A stretch of DNA of 64,000 nucleotides. Origin: Burkholderiales bacterium (GTDB taxonomy: Bacteria; Pseudomonadota; Gammaproteobacteria; Burkholderiales; Gallionellaceae). A program made the translations under genes and the position numbers. The stretch spans positions 423 to 64,422 of the forward strand of contig JBBQKX010000002.1 in the NCBI GenBank assembly GCA_038327315.1, in the 5' to 3' direction. Shown piece by piece: positions 60,262-64,000 of the stretch (its first letter is position 1; each line of letters opens with the position of its first letter). Below the pieces are notes generated by a model. That model was not told the origin of the DNA. It saw only the letters and a list, made by a program, of their open reading frames with translations, and made no database searches.

Positions 60262-62637
60262 ATGAGTATTGATGAAAATACAGGTGGGGTGAGCGGCCAG
60301 TTGTTGTTCACTAAAAGCTTGAACGATGTGATTAACAAGGTTCATGCCGCGAACAATATCGATGAAATCATGCTCGATGTGAGCAAGGATATCTGTACAT
60401 CGTTTAATGCAGACAGACTCACGATCTACGTAGTTGGTGAAGACGGCGCCTCGCTTATTTCTAAAGTCAAAACTGGACTGAATTCCTTCAAAGACCTGAA
60501 GCTACCTATTGCCGAGCAGAGTGTCGCTGGCTATGTGGGTGTACACAAGAAAACACTCAATATCAAAGATGTTTACGACGAAGATGAACTGGCAAGTCAC
60601 AGCAATCATTTGCGTTTTTTGCAGGAAGTCGATAAGCGTACCGGCTATCGTACCAAGCAGATGCTCATAGTGCCTATCCTTGATCAGGATAATGGCTTGG
60701 TGGGTGTGATTCAGGTCATCAATAATAAAGCGGGACTTCCTTTCTCTTCCATGGTGGAAGAAGGTTTGCAAGAGTTAGCACAGAGCATGGCGGTGGCCCT
60801 GCGTCAAAGACAAAAGACCAATACAGTCAAAACTAAATATGACTTCCTAGTTAGCGATGCGGTGCTGTCGGCGGCCGAATTTGAGTTGGCGACCCGTACG
60901 GCTAGGCGCAAAGGGATAGATGTAGAAGAAGTCTTGATAGATGAGTTTCAGGTTGGCGTCCCTATCTTGGGCAAGGCGCTATCCAGCTTCTTCGGTGTCG
61001 ATTACGAACCCTTCAAAGCAGATCGGATTAAGCCATCAGACCTGTTGCGCAACCTCAAGCGCGAATATGTGGAAAGCAGCCACTGGTTACCTATAGAGGA
61101 AAATCAAGATGGCTTGATTATCCTCACAACGGACCCAGAGCGGATACAGGCATCGCGTATCGTTAATAACATTTTCTCGCGTCATAAACTGGTATACAAA
61201 GTTTGTTCGCAAAGAGAGTTTCGACAAACACTCGATGCATTCTATGGCGGTCGCTCCAGTGCTGATGGAACAGGTAACTTCCTAGCAGATGAGTCCTCCA
61301 TGGACGATTTGCTCTCCAGTCTGGGCGGAGATGAGGAAGAGATTGGTGCGGTCCAAGATGATGTAAGTGCTGCTGCCGATAACGAGTTGGTTAAACTCGT
61401 CAATAAGATCATCGTCGATGCTTATCGTATGGGCGCATCTGATATCCATATTGAGCCATTGCCAGGCAAAGGTAAGACGCAGATACGTGTTCGCAAAGAT
61501 GGTACTTTGATGAATTTGATCGAGGTTCCTGCCACATACCGCAATGCCTTGGTGACTCGTCTCAAGATAATGTGTGATTTAGATATCTCTGAGAAGCGCA
61601 AACCACAGGATGGCAAAATCAAGTTCCGAAAATTCGGGCCTTTGGATATAGAGTTGCGTGTAGCAACCATCCCCTCTCAGGGGGGGGTAGAAGATGTGGT
61701 GATGCGTATACTGGCATCAGGTGAGCCATTGCCGTTGGAAAAGATGGGTTTTTCGGCGCGCAACAACGAACTCATCAAATCAACAGTCAGCAAGCCGTAT
61801 GGTTTGTTCTTCGTTTGCGGTCCTACTGGTTCAGGTAAAACGACAACACTGCATTCCATTTTGAAATACATCAATACGCCTGAGACCAAGATTTGGACCG
61901 CTGAGGATCCTGTCGAAATCACCCAAAAGGGCTTGCGTCAGGTTCAGATTAATAAGAAGGCAGGTTTGGATTTTCCTACCATCATGCGCGCTTTCTTACG
62001 TGCTGATCCGGATGTGATTATGGTCGGTGAGATGCGCGACAAAGAAACCGTCTCCATCGGTATCGAAGCATCACTAACAGGTCACTTGGTTTTTGCTACC
62101 TTGCATACCAACAGTGCGCCAGAGTCCATACTCCGTTTGCTGGATATGGGTATGGATCCGTTTAACTTTGCCGATGCGCTCTTGGGCATCCTTGCTCAGC
62201 GTTTGGCTAAGCGCTTATGTGCAGATTGTAAAAAACCACATGTTGCTAGCCCAGATGAAATCAAAGCGATACTGAATGAATTTAGTCTTGAATTGGCAAA
62301 CACAGAGTCGTGGAAGAAGGATCCCGCTGCATCTATGAAAGCGATATATGCAGATTGGATCAAATCCTTTGGTGACGAAAAGGGACAGATTATGATTTAT
62401 GAGCCAGTCGGTTGTGATAAATGCTCAGGGACAGGCTATAGGGGGCGTGTTGGTTTGCATGAGTTGTTATTAGGTTCGGATATTATCAAGAAAGCCATAC
62501 AGGAACATGCCCGTGTTGCAGAGCTGTTGGCCTTAGCCTTGGAAGACGGAATGCACACGCTGAAGCAGGATGGGATAGAGAAGGTCCTACAAGGGATCAC
62601 CGATATGCACCAAGTACGTGCCGTTTGTATTAAATAA
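60262..62637 (+). CDS. GAF-domain PilB/GspE-family secretion ATPase
   Basis: N-terminal GAF; ASDIHIEP, GPTGSGKTTT, EDPVE, VGEMRD, TGHLVFATLHTN, CADC/CDKC. Confidence 0.93.
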   Translation: MSIDENTGGVSGQLLFTKSLNDVINKVHAANNIDEIMLDVSKDICTSFNADRLTIYVVGEDGASLISKVKTGLNSFKDLKLPIAEQSVAGYVGVHKKTLNIKDVYDEDELASHSNHLRFLQEVDKRTGYRTKQMLIVPILDQDNGLVGVIQVINNKAGLPFSSMVEEGLQELAQSMAVALRQRQKTNTVKTKYDFLVSDAVLSAAEFELATRTARRKGIDVEEVLIDEFQVGVPILGKALSSFFGVDYEPFKADRIKPSDLLRNLKREYVESSHWLPIEENQDGLIILTTDPERIQASRIVNNIFSRHKLVYKVCSQREFRQTLDAFYGGRSSADGTGNFLADESSMDDLLSSLGGDEEEIGAVQDDVSAAADNELVKLVNKIIVDAYRMGASDIHIEPLPGKGKTQIRVRKDGTLMNLIEVPATYRNALVTRLKIMCDLDISEKRKPQDGKIKFRKFGPLDIELRVATIPSQGGVEDVVMRILASGEPLPLEKMGFSARNNELIKSTVSKPYGLFFVCGPTGSGKTTTLHSILKYINTPETKIWTAEDPVEITQKGLRQVQINKKAGLDFPTIMRAFLRADPDVIMVGEMRDKETVSIGIEASLTGHLVFATLHTNSAPESILRLLDMGMDPFNFADALLGILAQRLAKRLCADCKKPHVASPDEIKAILNEFSLELANTESWKKDPAASMKAIYADWIKSFGDEKGQIMIYEPVGCDKCSGTGYRGRVGLHELLLGSDIIKKAIQEHARVAELLALALEDGMHTLKQDGIEKVLQGITDMHQVRAVCIK

Positions 62638-62641
62638 CGAT

Positions 62642-64000
62642 ATGACATCCGCACCGAATCTTAGGGATCGTTTAAAAGAACTCAACGAAATCGGTATTGC
62701 GTTGTCTCAGCCTTTGGATATCAATAGCCTGCTGGAGACAATACTGGAGGCAGCCAAGCGCATCACGAACGCAGATGCAGGTACATTGTATTTGCATGAA
62801 TACGAAAAGAAGGTGTTGCGCTTTGAAATATTGCGCAATGACAGTTTGAAGATTGCCATGGGCGGTACGAGTGGTGAGCCTATCACCTACTATCCTATAC
62901 ATTTGTATGACGAGTTCGGTCACCCCAACCACGCTATGGTGGTTAGCCACTCAGCGCTCTCTGGTGAAACAGTCAATATTCCTGATGCGTATGAGGCTGA
63001 GGGATACGACTTTTCTGGCACACAAAAATTTGATCAGAAGACAGGCTATCGCTCGCAATCTTTTCTGGCAGTGCCGATGCGCAATCATGAGGGTGAAGTA
63101 ATTGGTGTGTTGCAGCTCATTAATGCACAGAGCCGAGAGGACGGGTCTATCGTTCCATTTTCCAGCGATGATCAGCAGCTGTTGGAATCGCTCGCTTCGC
63201 AAGCTGCAATCGCATTAACGAATCGACGGCTAATCGCGCAGATGGAAGAGTTGTTTGAGTCATTCATCAAACTCATCAATACAGCCTTGGATGACAAGTC
63301 TCCGTATACAGGAGGGCACTGTGAGCGAGTTCCCGTTCTGACCATGATGTTGGCAGAGGCAGTGACTAGGACCAAGCAGGGGCCGCTCAGCGACTTTGTG
63401 ATGACTGAAAGAGATAGGTATGAGCTCAGAATCGCAGGGTTGTTGCATGATTGCGGCAAAATAACGACCCCAGTACATATCGTGGATAAGGCTACAAAGT
63501 TACACACGCTATTGGATAGGATAGAACTGATCAACGATAGATTTGAGGTGTTGAAGCGGGATAGCGAGATACGGATGCTAAGAGAATTGCTGGCTGCAGG
63601 AGATGCTGGTGAAAATATGAAGTCAGATATTAGAGACAAGCATGAAGTACGTGCGCGTCAATTAGATAGCGACAGGGAGTTTTTGCGATTTTGTAACATC
63701 GGCAGCGAATTGATGTCGGAACAGGATCAGCAAAGAGTTAGAGACATCGCAGCTTACCAATATCACAACGCTGAGGGCCTAGAAGTTAATTTTTTGACTG
63801 AAAATGAACTGCAAAACTTGACCATAAGATCAGGTACGCTGACTGAGGCAGAGCGCAAAATTATCAATCACCATATCGTTGTGACAATCAAAATGTTGGA
63901 GGCTTTGCCTTGGCCAAATCACCTGAAGAACGTACCTGAGTATGCAGGTGGGCACCACGAACGCATGGATGGTAAGGGATACCCTAGAGGGCTGAAACGG
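62642..64000 (+). CDS. GAF plus HD-GYP phosphodiesterase, runs off the window end (absent from ORF track)
   Basis: Manual translation from ATG 62642: LNEIGIALS...DQKTGYRSQSFLAVPM...KSPYTGGHCERV...LHDCGK...HHERMDGKGYP. Confidence 0.92.
   Translation, partial: MTSAPNLRDRLKELNEIGIALSQPLDINSLLETILEAAKRITNADAGTLYLHEYEKKVLRFEILRNDSLKIAMGGTSGEPITYYPIHLYDEFGHPNHAMVVSHSALSGETVNIPDAYEAEGYDFSGTQKFDQKTGYRSQSFLAVPMRNHEGEVIGVLQLINAQSREDGSIVPFSSDDQQLLESLASQAAIALTNRRLIAQMEELFESFIKLINTALDDKSPYTGGHCERVPVLTMMLAEAVTRTKQGPLSDFVMTERDRYELRIAGLLHDCGKITTPVHIVDKATKLHTLLDRIELINDRFEVLKRDSEIRMLRELLAAGDAGENMKSDIRDKHEVRARQLDSDREFLRFCNIGSELMSEQDQQRVRDIAAYQYHNAEGLEVNFLTENELQNLTIRSGTLTEAERKIINHHIVVTIKMLEALPWPNHLKNVPEYAGGHHERMDGKGYPRGLKR

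Overview
Chromosomal window of a betaproteobacterium. Gene order and protein style suggest Gallionellaceae (Sideroxydans/Gallionella-like); this is inference only. Most of it is core housekeeping: sspAB, rpoH-ftsXEY, an M16 peptidase pair-rsmD-coaD, mutM with a Gld-like ABC set, TPR-lolB-ispE-tRNA-Gln-prs-rplY-pth-ychF, ars genes, yebC-ruvCAB-tol-pal-queEC, tRNA-Lys/Thr, pat/HDAC and sucCD. Two regions stand out. (1) From 51964 to the window end is a co-oriented 8-gene signalling cluster: CHASE2 Ser/Thr kinase, PP2C phosphatase, FHA protein, CHASE2 adenylate cyclase, class II-like cNMP phosphodiesterase, cNMP-binding/rhodanese fusion, GAF-fused PilB/GspE ATPase and a GAF-HD-GYP protein. It looks like a self-contained circuit in which cAMP and phosphothreonine control a pilus/secretion motor and c-di-GMP turnover, and is the best candidate for an undescribed system. 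(2) An integrase-free 5.2-kb cation-transport island is bounded by a ~460-bp direct repeat of the ychF 3' end plus terminator. The two copies differ mostly at synonymous sites and show a compensatory stem change; a perfect 38-bp palindrome lies near the left junction. Smaller observations include an apparent ATA start for rsmD, a composite CIRCE/sigmaE/sigma70 rpoH promoter, heptamer repeats anchored at stop codons, and a hemerythrin with a His-to-Glu ligand change. All calls come from reading the sequence; no database search was run.
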